A DNA stretch of 54,163 bases from a virus (Duplodnaviria; Caudoviricetes): positions 1 to 54,163 of the IMG/VR virus record IMGVR_UViG_3300021962_000139; one strand, written 5' to 3'. A program made the translations under genes and the position numbers. The stretch's first letter is position 1. Every line of letters starts with the position of its first letter. Under the pieces are notes generated by a model that had not been told where the DNA came from, did not search any database, and worked only from the letters and a program-made list of their open reading frames with translations. Of this stretch, positions 11,701-21,025 are shown piece after piece.

Positions 11701-14700
11701 CAATGGTAAAAATATTGTAGATAGTTTAGCTGCTGAAGAAGATAGAGTATTAAAACAAATAGCTAGAGGACAACGAGATACAAAAGCAATTAATGAAGCC
11801 AAATCAAAATTAAAAGCTGAAGCTAAAAAAAGAATAATAGAAAACAACGCATTAAAAAAATTGCTTGATGTTGAAATAGATGAACTTGATATTGAAGATG
11901 ATATGGTAAATGTTATTAATGAAATAACCAGGTCTGATATATTAATGGATAATATTTTTGATGAAAATAATGGCGAAGAAGAAATAAAAGGATTTATAAG
12001 AGAGCTTAGTTCTACAAGTAAAACTGTACAACTAATTAAAGATACAAACGGTAATTCTGTTGAGATATTAAAAGCTTTATCTAATAGATTAAATGAACAA
12101 GCAGACCAAGATGTTCAAACTGAAAAAGGTGTTCAATATGTTGCATTTAAAAAAGCTCAAGCAGAATTAGCTAGAATATTATCTGGAATTCCAGGAATGA
12201 ATGAAGTAGACACTATTACTGTATCTAAAGAAAGATTAGATGAAATACACACAGACCAATCAAAAATACTTAGCGAAACGGCTAAAAAAAGAGGACAAAC
12301 ATGGAGAGCTAATGAAGAACCTTCACCAAATTTAAATGGTTTTTTTACAGAACTTAATAGAGTAAGTAAAGATTTTATAAATTCTGCTAGAACATTAATT
12401 ATTAATGAAGCTAAAAATAAAGATGTAGTAGTCATTCGTGATGATATGAATTCAGGAAAAACTGATGCAATTTTATTACATGAATATGTACATGCAGCTA
12501 CAGTGGCAAGTATACAGTATGACATGTTAACTAAAGCTGAAAAAGCAAAGTTAGATAGATTATTTAATAAAGCTACTGAATCAGCTAAAGAAAGAGGTAA
12601 AGAATATTATGGTTTAACAAATATACGAGAATTTATAGCTGAAGCTTTTACTAATTATGAATTTCAAAAATTTTTAGCATCTATTGAAAGTGAAGAAAAT
12701 ACAACTTTGCAAGAAGAGGGATTCTTTAAAACTTTATTTAGTGACTTTATAGATTTTGTTGCAACTACTTTAGGATTACAATCTATAGATAAAACTTTAT
12801 TAGCTGATGTTATATCTGTATCTCCAAGATTATTTAAAATAGGAACTAGACCATACAAAGGAGATAATACAAGGTGGAATCAATGGTATAAGAAAGCTTT
12901 ATTTAGAGATAAATTAGATGAGTTAAGAGCCATAGAAAATAGAAAGGATTCAGACCTTACAAAATTCTTTAGGAAAAAAATACTAGATATTAGATTCCCA
13001 GAAAGTTTAATATCTGCACAAGAAGATTTAAATAATAATAGGATAGACAGAATACCATCTCCTAAAAAAATAAGATATTCTGAAGTTCTAGCTAGAAAAG
13101 GAGAGCCTGTTAGAAGTAAAGGACGTGATAGAAGTTTAGATGAAATTAAAGAAGACTTAGTTAAAAATTATGAAAAAAAAGATGAACGAGTTGGACATAG
13201 AATTAGAAGTACATTTTTTGGGTTTCTTAAAAATGGAGATAAGGTACTTACAAGTGCAATTAAAAACTTTGCTAACAGAAACATTGAAATTAAAAAATTA
13301 CAGGATAAATTACAACGTTCTAACTTATTGTTAATAGGTGTTGATGGGTTCAATAATGTGTTTGACCAATTAACAAGAGCCTTTGGTATATCAGATAATT
13401 ACATGAAAGAAATGATGCCTGCATTTAATGAGTATTCTTTAGCTTTAGGAGACTACATAGATCTACAAAAAAGTAAAGGTTTAAATGAAGCAGAAGCAAA
13501 AGCTCAATTACAACAATGGTTAACTGGATTACATGAATCCGAACGTAGAGAAGTAAGATACTTACTAGATGTACCATTAAGTACAGAAAAAATTATTAGA
13601 AGAAAAGATGGTAGTTTAACTAGTCCTGCAGATTTAAGACAAAATATAATGGATCAAATTACTACTAAAGTATGGTCTGATGCTACTCAGAAAAAAGCTG
13701 ATTTAGAAAACTATAAACAAACACTTAGAAAATTAGCTAATCAGGATACAAAAATATCTGGTAAAAATACTGTAGATGGAGTTGCAGGTATAAGTTACGC
13801 ATCTCCAAATAAAAAAGGCGGACCAACTGACATTGTAAATTCTAGATATGATGTATCCACTTACAACTCTGAAAAAGCGGCTATATTAAAAGCTGAAATA
13901 GAAAGTATTAAGCGTGCTGATCCACAATTATATCAATCTATCGAGCATGTTAAAAATTCAATGCAATTAATAAATCAGCAAACATTAAAATTAAATCAAA
14001 CTGCTAACTATGCTAGTCCTCAGGCAATGAATATTATTGAGTTCTATGGTTGGAAAAACTATGTGCCTTTAAAACATAGACAAGATGCTGAAGGTATATC
14101 AGAAGATGCAATATTTAATCCAACAGGTAGTAGATTATCTAGAGAACTTAAAAAATTAGAAGGTTCATTTGAGGGTAATCATAATGATGCAGAAGACCCA
14201 TTTACACAAGTATTAGTTGATGCATCAAGAGCTGCAGGAAGAGCAGGTAGAATTAACTATACACAATCTATATATAATGCAGTTACCCAGACTATAGATT
14301 ATACAGATCCTACTACAGGTAAACCTGTGAAAGGGCAAGCTATAGAAGGTAAAATATTAAAACGATTTACATATCAACAACGATATTTAAATGATCCAGA
14401 AATACAAGAAGAACTAGATAAAAAAGATACTATTGTTCATTTATTGAGTGATGGTTCGATGGCTATAATACAAATTAAAGACCCAGATTTAGTAGAAGCT
14501 ATTAGAGGTGTTTATGCAGATAATCCTACTTGGGTTAATACGTTAAATAGTTTTACAGGAACTATAGGACAATTTCATACTAGGTTTAATCCACCGTTTG
14601 CAACATTAAACTTTGTTCGTGATGCAATCACTAACTTATTTTATATTGGAAATGAGTTTGGTTTAAAAGATTTAGGAGGTTATGCATCTAATATAGCTAA

Positions 14701-16396
14701 TACAGTTGTTAATGGTGGTATGCAACAAACATGGAATGTAATGAGTATGTATACTAAAGGGCAAAAAAATGACCTAAGAAAATATGTACAACAACAAACT
14801 GCTAAAGGTAATAACTTACCAGCTGATCTAGTTGAATATTTAGAAAATGGTGGGATGATATCTTACTCACAATCTCTATCTATTGAGAATGCATTTAATA
14901 GATTAAGACAAAGTATAAGAGAGAATAAAGATGGTATTGTTAGAACTAAACAAGGTGTAAAAGATTTCTTTGATATATGGATGAGTACCTTTGAGATGGC
15001 TACTCGGGCTGCTGCATATAGAACAGCAAAACAAAATTATATTACTAAAAATGCTCCAGGGCTTTCAGAAAATCAAATTCCTGCAAATGTAAAACAAGCT
15101 GCTATAGAAACAGCTACTGTGTATGCTAAAAGATTATCTAACTTTGAAGAGTCAGGTATACAAGGTGATAAAATGGCTGCATGGTTTATGTTTTTTAAAC
15201 CAAGTGCGGTGGGTATCATGAGAGCTTTTGAATCTTTTTCCGCAGCACTACAAAGAAAAGATATAGCAAAACAAAACTTACCAAATTATATTAAAGCTGA
15301 TCCTCAAAGATTAGCTACATGGGAAGCGGACTTTGATAAAAGAAGACAAGCAGCATTGACTACAATTGCAGTTGGTGTATCCGTTGGGTATGTTGCATGG
15401 CAAATGGCTGCTATGTTTAGTGGAGGTGATGATGATAATCCTACACGAGAAGATGATCCAGCGAGATGGACTAGATATTTAAGAGTTAGTTTAGGTTGGT
15501 TACCTGGTTTTGATAAAGATGCTGTATTACAAATACCTTGGGGTTTTGGTCCAGGTGGATTTGCTGCAATGGGAGCTCAGTTAGCAGCTGCGCAAAGTGG
15601 TAAAAATATTCCATTAGCTGATACATTAGGTAATATGTATAACATTATGTTAGATTCTTTTATGCCATTACCTTTTTCAAGAATGAGTCCTTTTGAACAT
15701 CCTCTTGGTTGGGTATTAGATACTGCTGCTCCATCTATTGCTAGACCTGCTGTAGAGTATGCTATTAATTTAAACGCTTTCGGACAAAATATTTATAGTC
15801 CATTACAAACTAGAAAATATGGTGGCGCATTTGGTGGTAGCGATGAAATACCTGAAGCGTATAAAGATGCTTCTAGATTCCTTGCAGAAATATCAGGTGG
15901 TTATATAAATTGGGGTCCCAATACAATAAGTTTTTTTGCAAATAACTATGGGGATGCTATAGCAAGAGTTGCTCATGATATATATGGTATTAGTTTATTC
16001 TTACGTGGACAGAAAGAATTTGATTTTAAACGAGATACTATATTCTTTGATAGTTTTATAAGTAAATATTCTAGGATTGAACAACGAGATTATAGTAAGC
16101 AAGTGGAAAGATTAAAGGCTTTAGAAACAAGAATTGACTTATTTAAAGACGCTAACCCAATAGAATATAATAAAGTTTTAAGTAAGTATCCTTCTGTACC
16201 TGTACTTATAGATGCATATAATCAACAAAAAGCAGATTTGGATAAATTAAATGACCAAGCATCCACAATAAGAAGAATGCCTGGATTAAGTCAAAAAGAA
16301 AGACAAGCTAGATTACAAGGTATTAAAGAATTACAACTATTATATAAGAAAAATATTGCAGCTATGATTGAAGTTGGGCTTGAGCAATATGACTAA
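8756..16396 (+). CDS. Giant internal virion (polyvalent) protein with a zincin-like HExxH domain and LPD38-like C-terminus
   Basis: 2546 aa; LLHEYVHA followed by EFIAEAF; C-terminal NFVRD, IPWGFG and NAFGQNIY motifs; last late gene. Confidence 0.65.
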   Translation: MPLYSIKGPDGKTYSIQGPAGASREQVIQAIQEKQSQPQQPQQPQQPQQPQQPGQLPEDAPDFTRGLKQYVNQYQGIYGASKVLAGKVANSDELIKSGVKDMQESEKKVAATGTKPTDEFTEAWERGIGSVLTDFVPYVAGQGVGMIGEALITSIAGGAAGSLIGPEGTVGGAVSGLLAKNIVKKGLKEAAEEIAKSEGRDAAKDFVEKEAAKRSQEYLASDVGRAEIKKIFRKSGSNIALYGMAGKFGAGEVTGRAVDEAIANIKDPNEQLQKIKELSTSKLAALSTAHAFADYIGLKIGLGSLDKLAKPTQDWLLNVAKNVGVTGLKEGTVEALQTILEREGANLPLNDKAAIKEYINAAAAGFAMPIIPATIGGLRTPKTPTNPTPDDINVDLSGDPKGPEPSPTPTEPSDRKGWKYTDEEIKRRDKIVQEQEKINLDKDKVDVDLDDADARMKALIAPEEVTKETIEKDYELPPYSEVDQALQETQDVTYVSGTEGPINKTDRGGLPISRQKLRQQRAKTDTANVEEVVGTTVDSTTNNVIGVTPGEGRTLAELGPVPYGYDRIQVGIKEIVTGKRADGKNLIQKEPVFVDRPKKDFVSEPYQYSLPLGEDQNNIYRNQLLKYYNLSSLQTKYEPSKLPYALTPAALEETDRIYTSILETNGKPAADRYLENKRNSSALFNQTDIDTKSPKVQGEVTPSIYATNNRDNARTYMVKNNIEADYYIDTEETSDGKIIAYTVKPRVTLNNLQPATIADFLIRDKGKNLNKFTNPLEFSKRPTETQVKNLLQTKLNTEQFNQVNKPGILKQITKQFEDRSSDQADGATPTQEKKARLSRELEFDIRVSNLPDYQKFIEKVKNIGATIPSFLKTGAVFNSKTHPINGARSIDDIIKAAIGDYIYEEASDVTDSYSTFPNNNTKIDKARRKKFRDEFINSPILEEYLTRSDEYDSIDAIKNDVEAFKKQIAKGTKYVESLDGNNNGKNIVDSLAAEEDRVLKQIARGQRDTKAINEAKSKLKAEAKKRIIENNALKKLLDVEIDELDIEDDMVNVINEITRSDILMDNIFDENNGEEEIKGFIRELSSTSKTVQLIKDTNGNSVEILKALSNRLNEQADQDVQTEKGVQYVAFKKAQAELARILSGIPGMNEVDTITVSKERLDEIHTDQSKILSETAKKRGQTWRANEEPSPNLNGFFTELNRVSKDFINSARTLIINEAKNKDVVVIRDDMNSGKTDAILLHEYVHAATVASIQYDMLTKAEKAKLDRLFNKATESAKERGKEYYGLTNIREFIAEAFTNYEFQKFLASIESEENTTLQEEGFFKTLFSDFIDFVATTLGLQSIDKTLLADVISVSPRLFKIGTRPYKGDNTRWNQWYKKALFRDKLDELRAIENRKDSDLTKFFRKKILDIRFPESLISAQEDLNNNRIDRIPSPKKIRYSEVLARKGEPVRSKGRDRSLDEIKEDLVKNYEKKDERVGHRIRSTFFGFLKNGDKVLTSAIKNFANRNIEIKKLQDKLQRSNLLLIGVDGFNNVFDQLTRAFGISDNYMKEMMPAFNEYSLALGDYIDLQKSKGLNEAEAKAQLQQWLTGLHESERREVRYLLDVPLSTEKIIRRKDGSLTSPADLRQNIMDQITTKVWSDATQKKADLENYKQTLRKLANQDTKISGKNTVDGVAGISYASPNKKGGPTDIVNSRYDVSTYNSEKAAILKAEIESIKRADPQLYQSIEHVKNSMQLINQQTLKLNQTANYASPQAMNIIEFYGWKNYVPLKHRQDAEGISEDAIFNPTGSRLSRELKKLEGSFEGNHNDAEDPFTQVLVDASRAAGRAGRINYTQSIYNAVTQTIDYTDPTTGKPVKGQAIEGKILKRFTYQQRYLNDPEIQEELDKKDTIVHLLSDGSMAIIQIKDPDLVEAIRGVYADNPTWVNTLNSFTGTIGQFHTRFNPPFATLNFVRDAITNLFYIGNEFGLKDLGGYASNIANTVVNGGMQQTWNVMSMYTKGQKNDLRKYVQQQTAKGNNLPADLVEYLENGGMISYSQSLSIENAFNRLRQSIRENKDGIVRTKQGVKDFFDIWMSTFEMATRAAAYRTAKQNYITKNAPGLSENQIPANVKQAAIETATVYAKRLSNFEESGIQGDKMAAWFMFFKPSAVGIMRAFESFSAALQRKDIAKQNLPNYIKADPQRLATWEADFDKRRQAALTTIAVGVSVGYVAWQMAAMFSGGDDDNPTREDDPARWTRYLRVSLGWLPGFDKDAVLQIPWGFGPGGFAAMGAQLAAAQSGKNIPLADTLGNMYNIMLDSFMPLPFSRMSPFEHPLGWVLDTAAPSIARPAVEYAINLNAFGQNIYSPLQTRKYGGAFGGSDEIPEAYKDASRFLAEISGGYINWGPNTISFFANNYGDAIARVAHDIYGISLFLRGQKEFDFKRDTIFFDSFISKYSRIEQRDYSKQVERLKALETRIDLFKDANPIEYNKVLSKYPSVPVLIDAYNQQKADLDKLNDQASTIRRMPGLSQKERQARLQGIKELQLLYKKNIAAMIEVGLEQYD
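8864..8914 (+). repeat. Tandem 9-bp repeat encoding (QQP)n
   Basis: CAACAACCA/T units giving QPQQPQQPQQPQQPQQP. Confidence 0.85.
10227..10430 (+). CDS. Probable overprinted 67-aa helical protein nested out of frame in the giant virion gene
   Basis: AGGAG at 10215-10219, 7 nt before the ATG; amphipathic protein-like sequence. Confidence 0.55.
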   Translation: MLHMYQELKDLSIKQIEEAFLYLDRNLDSNEPRPIPQTLKKLSELQWIALQIMLSELLQEKEEHSLN

Positions 16397-16597
16397 CTAT
16401 TTAACTCTCCATACTCTAACACCTAAGCACCCTTCTTTTATACTTTGAAAAGCCTTAACTCTTATCTTAGCTCGCTTAGCACCTTCATCAATAGCAAATA
16501 TAACAGATGATGCCTTAAGTGTTGGTATGAAAAAACTATCTCCTATACTCATCCAATCTAAAGGAAAGTTCCATTCTGGCTCATCATGCAGCCTCAT
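16397..16597 (-). CDS. Small conserved phage protein, possibly DNA-binding
   Basis: FPLDWMSIGDSFFIP...GVRVWRV pattern; overlaps the primase stop. Confidence 0.65.
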   Translation of the reverse strand: MRLHDEPEWNFPLDWMSIGDSFFIPTLKASSVIFAIDEGAKRAKIRVKAFQSIKEGCLGVRVWRVK

Positions 16598-19415
16598 TGT
16601 TATTTTCCTTGAGTAAATCTTCTAGGAATTTAGTAGTATCTATTTCTAGTGCCATAACTGCACTAAACCCTGTAGCAGCTTTCCAGCCAGTACCCATTCT
16701 GCGTTTATGATCACGTATGTTATATCCTTTCTCTTTCATTTTAAATACAAAATCATTTATACTTATACCACTTTCAGCCAGATATTCTCTGAAGTGACGC
16801 TTCTCTATCCATAATAAAGATTTATCAAGTTCAGCTCTCATGACTAAATCAGAGCGTGGTTCCATAGATATCCTATTATTTTCTTCAATAGCAAGAATAC
16901 CTGTTTGATGTGAGTTAATATACTCACCAAGCATACTCTCGTAGTCTACGTCATTAATCCGAACAACGTTATCTCTAATGTTAATAATCTCGTGAATAAC
17001 TTGGTTATAAATCCTATCTAAATTAAGGTCAACTATACCAGCTTCGCAAGCTATTTCTCCTCCAGTAAAAACGGCTGATATCATGTTTTCATAAAATCTA
17101 TACGTAGTATCATCACCAAAATCTTCTTTGAATTTCTTAGTCCATTTATTAAGTTTGGCTACGATTTCTTCTTTTGTATATTTAAATAAGTTTTGTATAA
17201 AGTCTATACCTGCATGACCATGATGATGGGCAAAAGAATTAAATATTTCAAAGCCTAGCTCTGGTTTTTCAATTAATATTTTTGGCTTTCTTACTGTAAA
17301 TTCTATAAGCCTTGCTACTTCACCGTTTGGGTTTTTCTTAAATGTTGTAAGTCTGTCATATAAAGAATGGTTAGATGTAAACACAGCTATCAAGGAGGCT
17401 GACATTTCATGATCTCGTTCAGCATTAACTGATGCCTGCATTCTTATCTTTGCTTTACCTGATGATATCTTAAGTATTAAATTACTTAGTGTACGGCTGT
17501 CAATATTTCCTACCTCGTCGTATCCAAAAGTAATATTATGTAATCCTAAATATCTACCCACTAATGCATTGTTAGTTGAACCTTCTGTGGTGTTAATACC
17601 AAGTTGTCTAGGATCACCCCATACGCTTAACGCTGCATGCAAAGAACCTGTTTTACCTGTACCAGAATCTGATCCTGTTAAAGATATAGTCATACCGTTT
17701 GTAGATGTTTCACTTAATAAGACCGAGCCGAATGCAGTTAGCATAGTAAAAGCATGTAGTTCTAAACTAGGATAATTAAGTTTATTAGCAGCTTCTTTCC
17801 ATTTATCATATTCGCCTTGTTCTTTAAGATGTACAGCAATGCTTTTACATAATGGTGATGTAGGACTATTTAATATCTCTCCTTTTCTATTAATCTCTTT
17901 ATTACCAATAATAAATGCATCTTTGTCTACAGTCCATCCCATTTGCATACGCATAATATCTGCTCGTGTTCTTGAAACTAAGTAGTCTCCCCATTTATAT
18001 ATGTATGTCATAAGATGTTTACCTTGTTGATTATTAGGGTTATATAAAATACCCTGACTTGTTATTATATCTCTAAATTTATCCACAGCATATAAAGATT
18101 TTATAGGGACTAAAAACTGTCTAGTTCCATCATGTGGAAGCTCTAATTGCATTTCTAAACATTCGCCATCAACAGGACTATATATTCTTTTAATTGGCTC
18201 AAAGTCATAAGGTAATACCATTAAAGGTTTCTTTCTAGGTAATGGTTGACCATCGTCGTCATACTCTTGCTCAAACTCAAAATATACTCCGCCACTAGCA
18301 CCACGTACATAGGGATAAAGATCTTTAGGATATCCAGACTTAGCTACAACTGCTGTGTTACCTAAAACATAATTTTCTGGTACAGGCGCTGCTATAAACT
18401 CTTTACCAATGGCTAACGGGTTAGTTATCTTTTTATAGTGTTGACATCCTTCACAAATACCAGGATTTAAATCATTAAATTTATCACAGGAAAAAGGTTT
18501 ATCTTGTGACTGCATAGCTTTACGTTCTGTCTCCTCAGCGTTATAGCCTGGATGCTCACTAGATATTAGATGTATTGCTTTTTCTTTATCTTTACAATGT
18601 TGAGCAATGGATAGCCCTGCATACCACATAGGTTCTTGAAGTGTAGAAGCATTTTGTAGTATATGCATTATCTGCCCACACCCATTACCTTTGATAGTCT
18701 CTTTAACTATTTTCTCAAATGATGATTGAAAGTTATCAAGTTTTAAAGCTTTACGTTCTTCTTCTGTTAAAGGACTCTTAGCTTGATTTAATATATCCTC
18801 TAGTGATGGTTGAACTTCTCCTAACACTGCTTGTATTTCTTCTATTGTATAGGTGCCAATATCTTCATCCATAACAATACAATGTTTAGGTGGATCAGAT
18901 TTATAATTGTGAGTATCAGGACATCGCATAATCCTAGCAGTATCTTTCATAACAGCAGGGTCATTTTTTAGACCTTTTTCATTACAATAGTCTGCTAATT
19001 TTTTTGAATATATCAAATACTCTTCTTTGGTTATGTCCCTATCAAGACACCAATATGCATGGTAGCCATTACCAGAGTCAACTCTAATTGGTCTAGGTAG
19101 CTCAGATTCTTCAATGAATTTATCTAATGCTTCACCAGCTTCCTCTTTAGTTTTATAGTCTTTTTTATCGCCTACATCGACATCAATAAAGATACATTTA
19201 AAGTATAAAGAGTTTTTAGCTAGTCTTGTTTTATTAAAACTACCTGGTGCTACATATATATTGGTGTCTCTTTGACTTTTTATATCTTCTATTATTGGTT
19301 CTATCTTAGCAATAGACTCTGTGTAATGATGTTTTACCCTACCTTCTTTGCTTATTTCAGCAATACAATAGGTGCCTTTACTGGGTAATACTTTTTTATA
19401 AAATTGTTTAATCAT
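16584..19415 (-). CDS. DNA primase-helicase (RepB/AEP-type primase, Cys-rich domain, DUF927-like helicase)
   Basis: FIDVD, DSGNGYHAYW and RIMRCPDTHNYK primase motifs; Walker A GSDSGTGKT; Walker B YDE. Confidence 0.85.
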   Translation of the reverse strand: MIKQFYKKVLPSKGTYCIAEISKEGRVKHHYTESIAKIEPIIEDIKSQRDTNIYVAPGSFNKTRLAKNSLYFKCIFIDVDVGDKKDYKTKEEAGEALDKFIEESELPRPIRVDSGNGYHAYWCLDRDITKEEYLIYSKKLADYCNEKGLKNDPAVMKDTARIMRCPDTHNYKSDPPKHCIVMDEDIGTYTIEEIQAVLGEVQPSLEDILNQAKSPLTEEERKALKLDNFQSSFEKIVKETIKGNGCGQIMHILQNASTLQEPMWYAGLSIAQHCKDKEKAIHLISSEHPGYNAEETERKAMQSQDKPFSCDKFNDLNPGICEGCQHYKKITNPLAIGKEFIAAPVPENYVLGNTAVVAKSGYPKDLYPYVRGASGGVYFEFEQEYDDDGQPLPRKKPLMVLPYDFEPIKRIYSPVDGECLEMQLELPHDGTRQFLVPIKSLYAVDKFRDIITSQGILYNPNNQQGKHLMTYIYKWGDYLVSRTRADIMRMQMGWTVDKDAFIIGNKEINRKGEILNSPTSPLCKSIAVHLKEQGEYDKWKEAANKLNYPSLELHAFTMLTAFGSVLLSETSTNGMTISLTGSDSGTGKTGSLHAALSVWGDPRQLGINTTEGSTNNALVGRYLGLHNITFGYDEVGNIDSRTLSNLILKISSGKAKIRMQASVNAERDHEMSASLIAVFTSNHSLYDRLTTFKKNPNGEVARLIEFTVRKPKILIEKPELGFEIFNSFAHHHGHAGIDFIQNLFKYTKEEIVAKLNKWTKKFKEDFGDDTTYRFYENMISAVFTGGEIACEAGIVDLNLDRIYNQVIHEIINIRDNVVRINDVDYESMLGEYINSHQTGILAIEENNRISMEPRSDLVMRAELDKSLLWIEKRHFREYLAESGISINDFVFKMKEKGYNIRDHKRRMGTGWKAATGFSAVMALEIDTTKFLEDLLKENNNEAA

Positions 19416-19427
19416 AATAGTGGTTTT

Positions 19428-19739
19428 CTATAAATATTTATCTTGTATATTACTTAAATACTCCTTTGTAGATTTAGTAGTCTTTGCTGGTAAATCGCCA
19501 GAATCTAAATCTCTCTTAACATAATCAATAAATTTCATAATCTTTATACATTTTTCTTCTCTAATGTAATTACCACGAAACCATCCATGCACTGCCATTC
19601 TTGATACTCCAAAGAAGTTGGCAATACTATTAGCTGGTATATTTGCATCAACACAAAGTTTAGCTAATTGTATGCCAACTCTATTAGAATCAGCGTTGGA
19701 AAGTCCGACTAAAAATTTAGTACTATAAGGTCTTGCCAT
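19428..19739 (-). CDS. Helix-turn-helix DNA-binding protein (Cro/CI-like)
   Basis: ANSIANFFGVSRMAVHGWFRG HTH signature. Confidence 0.7.
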   Translation of the reverse strand: MARPYSTKFLVGLSNADSNRVGIQLAKLCVDANIPANSIANFFGVSRMAVHGWFRGNYIREEKCIKIMKFIDYVKRDLDSGDLPAKTTKSTKEYLSNIQDKYL

Positions 19740-19748
19740 ATCGTTCTC

Positions 19749-20618
19749 CTAGTCTTTAATACCCCATTTATTCATGATATCAGCTATATCATTTGCCTTT
19801 TCTGCTTTTGCCTTTGCAACTACTTCTGGCTCATCTACTTCATCTGCTTCTGTTTGTAAGACAGCTTGCCTAGGTTGTTCCGTAGTTTCTTCTTTAGAAT
19901 CAGTTTGATATACAGTCATTTTAACTGCTGATTCTGCAGCCGGTGTTTTACCTTGTCTTTGTAGTAGCTCAATATCTTCAGGGTTAACAGCCGCAATAGG
20001 AGAAAACAATAACTTAGGTACTGATGATTTAGGATCAAATTGCATACGTGTTACTACACGACCAGCACTAACATTATTATTTGCTAACATTTGAATATAT
20101 GGTCTAAAGGGCCATTTACCATTTTCTTCTTTACCAAAAGCTGACGTAGCTGGTAGTACTAATTGCATAATATCACCTGATGGATCAGCAGGTAAAACTA
20201 CTGCTATTCTCCAAGATAATCTACATGCACTGCCTGTACCACCCATACCTGAACCTCTTACACTTTGTGGACATTCATTACATGATTTAGCCTGCGGTGA
20301 TTCTACTGCTGGATCAGGAGTATTGGAGTCACCAGACCAACATGATGGTGCTACTTTTTCACCTTCTCTATATGATGCTGCATAAAATGTTCTAGCGGCT
20401 GTGTGTGACATCTTAACTATAATTACATCCATAAAGTTATCTTCAATGGTTGCTACTTCTTTACCGTTCACAACTTTGTGAAAGTTTTTACCTCTGATTG
20501 AAATACGTTTACTACCACTACCAACGTTACCACCGGCAACGGCAAGAGTATCTTCGTCTAGTCCTGTTTGAACTACTGCAGGATTGTTTTGTAAAATGTT
20601 TGCTAATTCATTAGCCAT
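19749..20618 (-). CDS. Putative single-stranded DNA-binding protein
   Basis: RISIRGKNF and CNECPQS motifs; acidic tail ending in an aromatic residue; replication cluster. Confidence 0.6.
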   Translation of the reverse strand: MANELANILQNNPAVVQTGLDEDTLAVAGGNVGSGSKRISIRGKNFHKVVNGKEVATIEDNFMDVIIVKMSHTAARTFYAASYREGEKVAPSCWSGDSNTPDPAVESPQAKSCNECPQSVRGSGMGGTGSACRLSWRIAVVLPADPSGDIMQLVLPATSAFGKEENGKWPFRPYIQMLANNNVSAGRVVTRMQFDPKSSVPKLLFSPIAAVNPEDIELLQRQGKTPAAESAVKMTVYQTDSKEETTEQPRQAVLQTEADEVDEPEVVAKAKAEKANDIADIMNKWGIKD

Positions 20619-20629
20619 AATATAATCTC

Positions 20630-21025
20630 CTAAGTTTTACTTGGTTTACGTACAGTGATTTTAAATTCTCGCATACTACTAATGCCTGGAGGTAATCCTT
20701 CATCCTCGCGATTACTTAAAAACTCTTTAAAATTTGCTTGATGTATACGTTGTTGTAATAATTCAATAGCATCATTATCCATGACAAACTTTTTAAAATT
20801 ATCCCAATCTCCACACACAAAGCTTTCTCTTGTACTCTTAATGATAGTGCCTACTTCAGTTTTAATACTGTCAGCATTTATTTCATTACATGAGTTTAAG
20901 AGTATTTGTTCTAGTTGAGCAAGATCATTAGCTAATTCTCTATCTCTAGCCTCATGCTCCCTAGTTAATCTATCACGTTCATCTCTAATCTTAAGATAAG
21001 CCGTAACAATACTGTCTACTTTCAT
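20630..21025 (-). CDS. Conserved phage replication-cluster protein
   Basis: Coiled-coil N-terminus; DWDNF and LPPG motifs; RBS AGGAG. Confidence 0.65.
   Translation of the reverse strand: MKVDSIVTAYLKIRDERDRLTREHEARDRELANDLAQLEQILLNSCNEINADSIKTEVGTIIKSTRESFVCGDWDNFKKFVMDNDAIELLQQRIHQANFKEFLSNREDEGLPPGISSMREFKITVRKPSKT

Noticed and set aside
1401-13353. Minus-strand ORFs opposite structural genes (e.g. 9166-9540, 9637-10044, 11461-11847) and + ORF 6526-6735
   Set aside because: Shadow frames of long genes, with no convincing RBS and unnatural composition
8756-16396. N4-like virion RNA polymerase using the 3-nt-loop hairpins as promoters
   Set aside because: No recognisable RNA polymerase motifs; palindrome centres vary in sequence and orientation; sigma70 promoters already serve the early genes
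16390-16400. Terminator at the late/early convergence
   Set aside because: The two stop codons abut directly; no hairpin with a T run was seen
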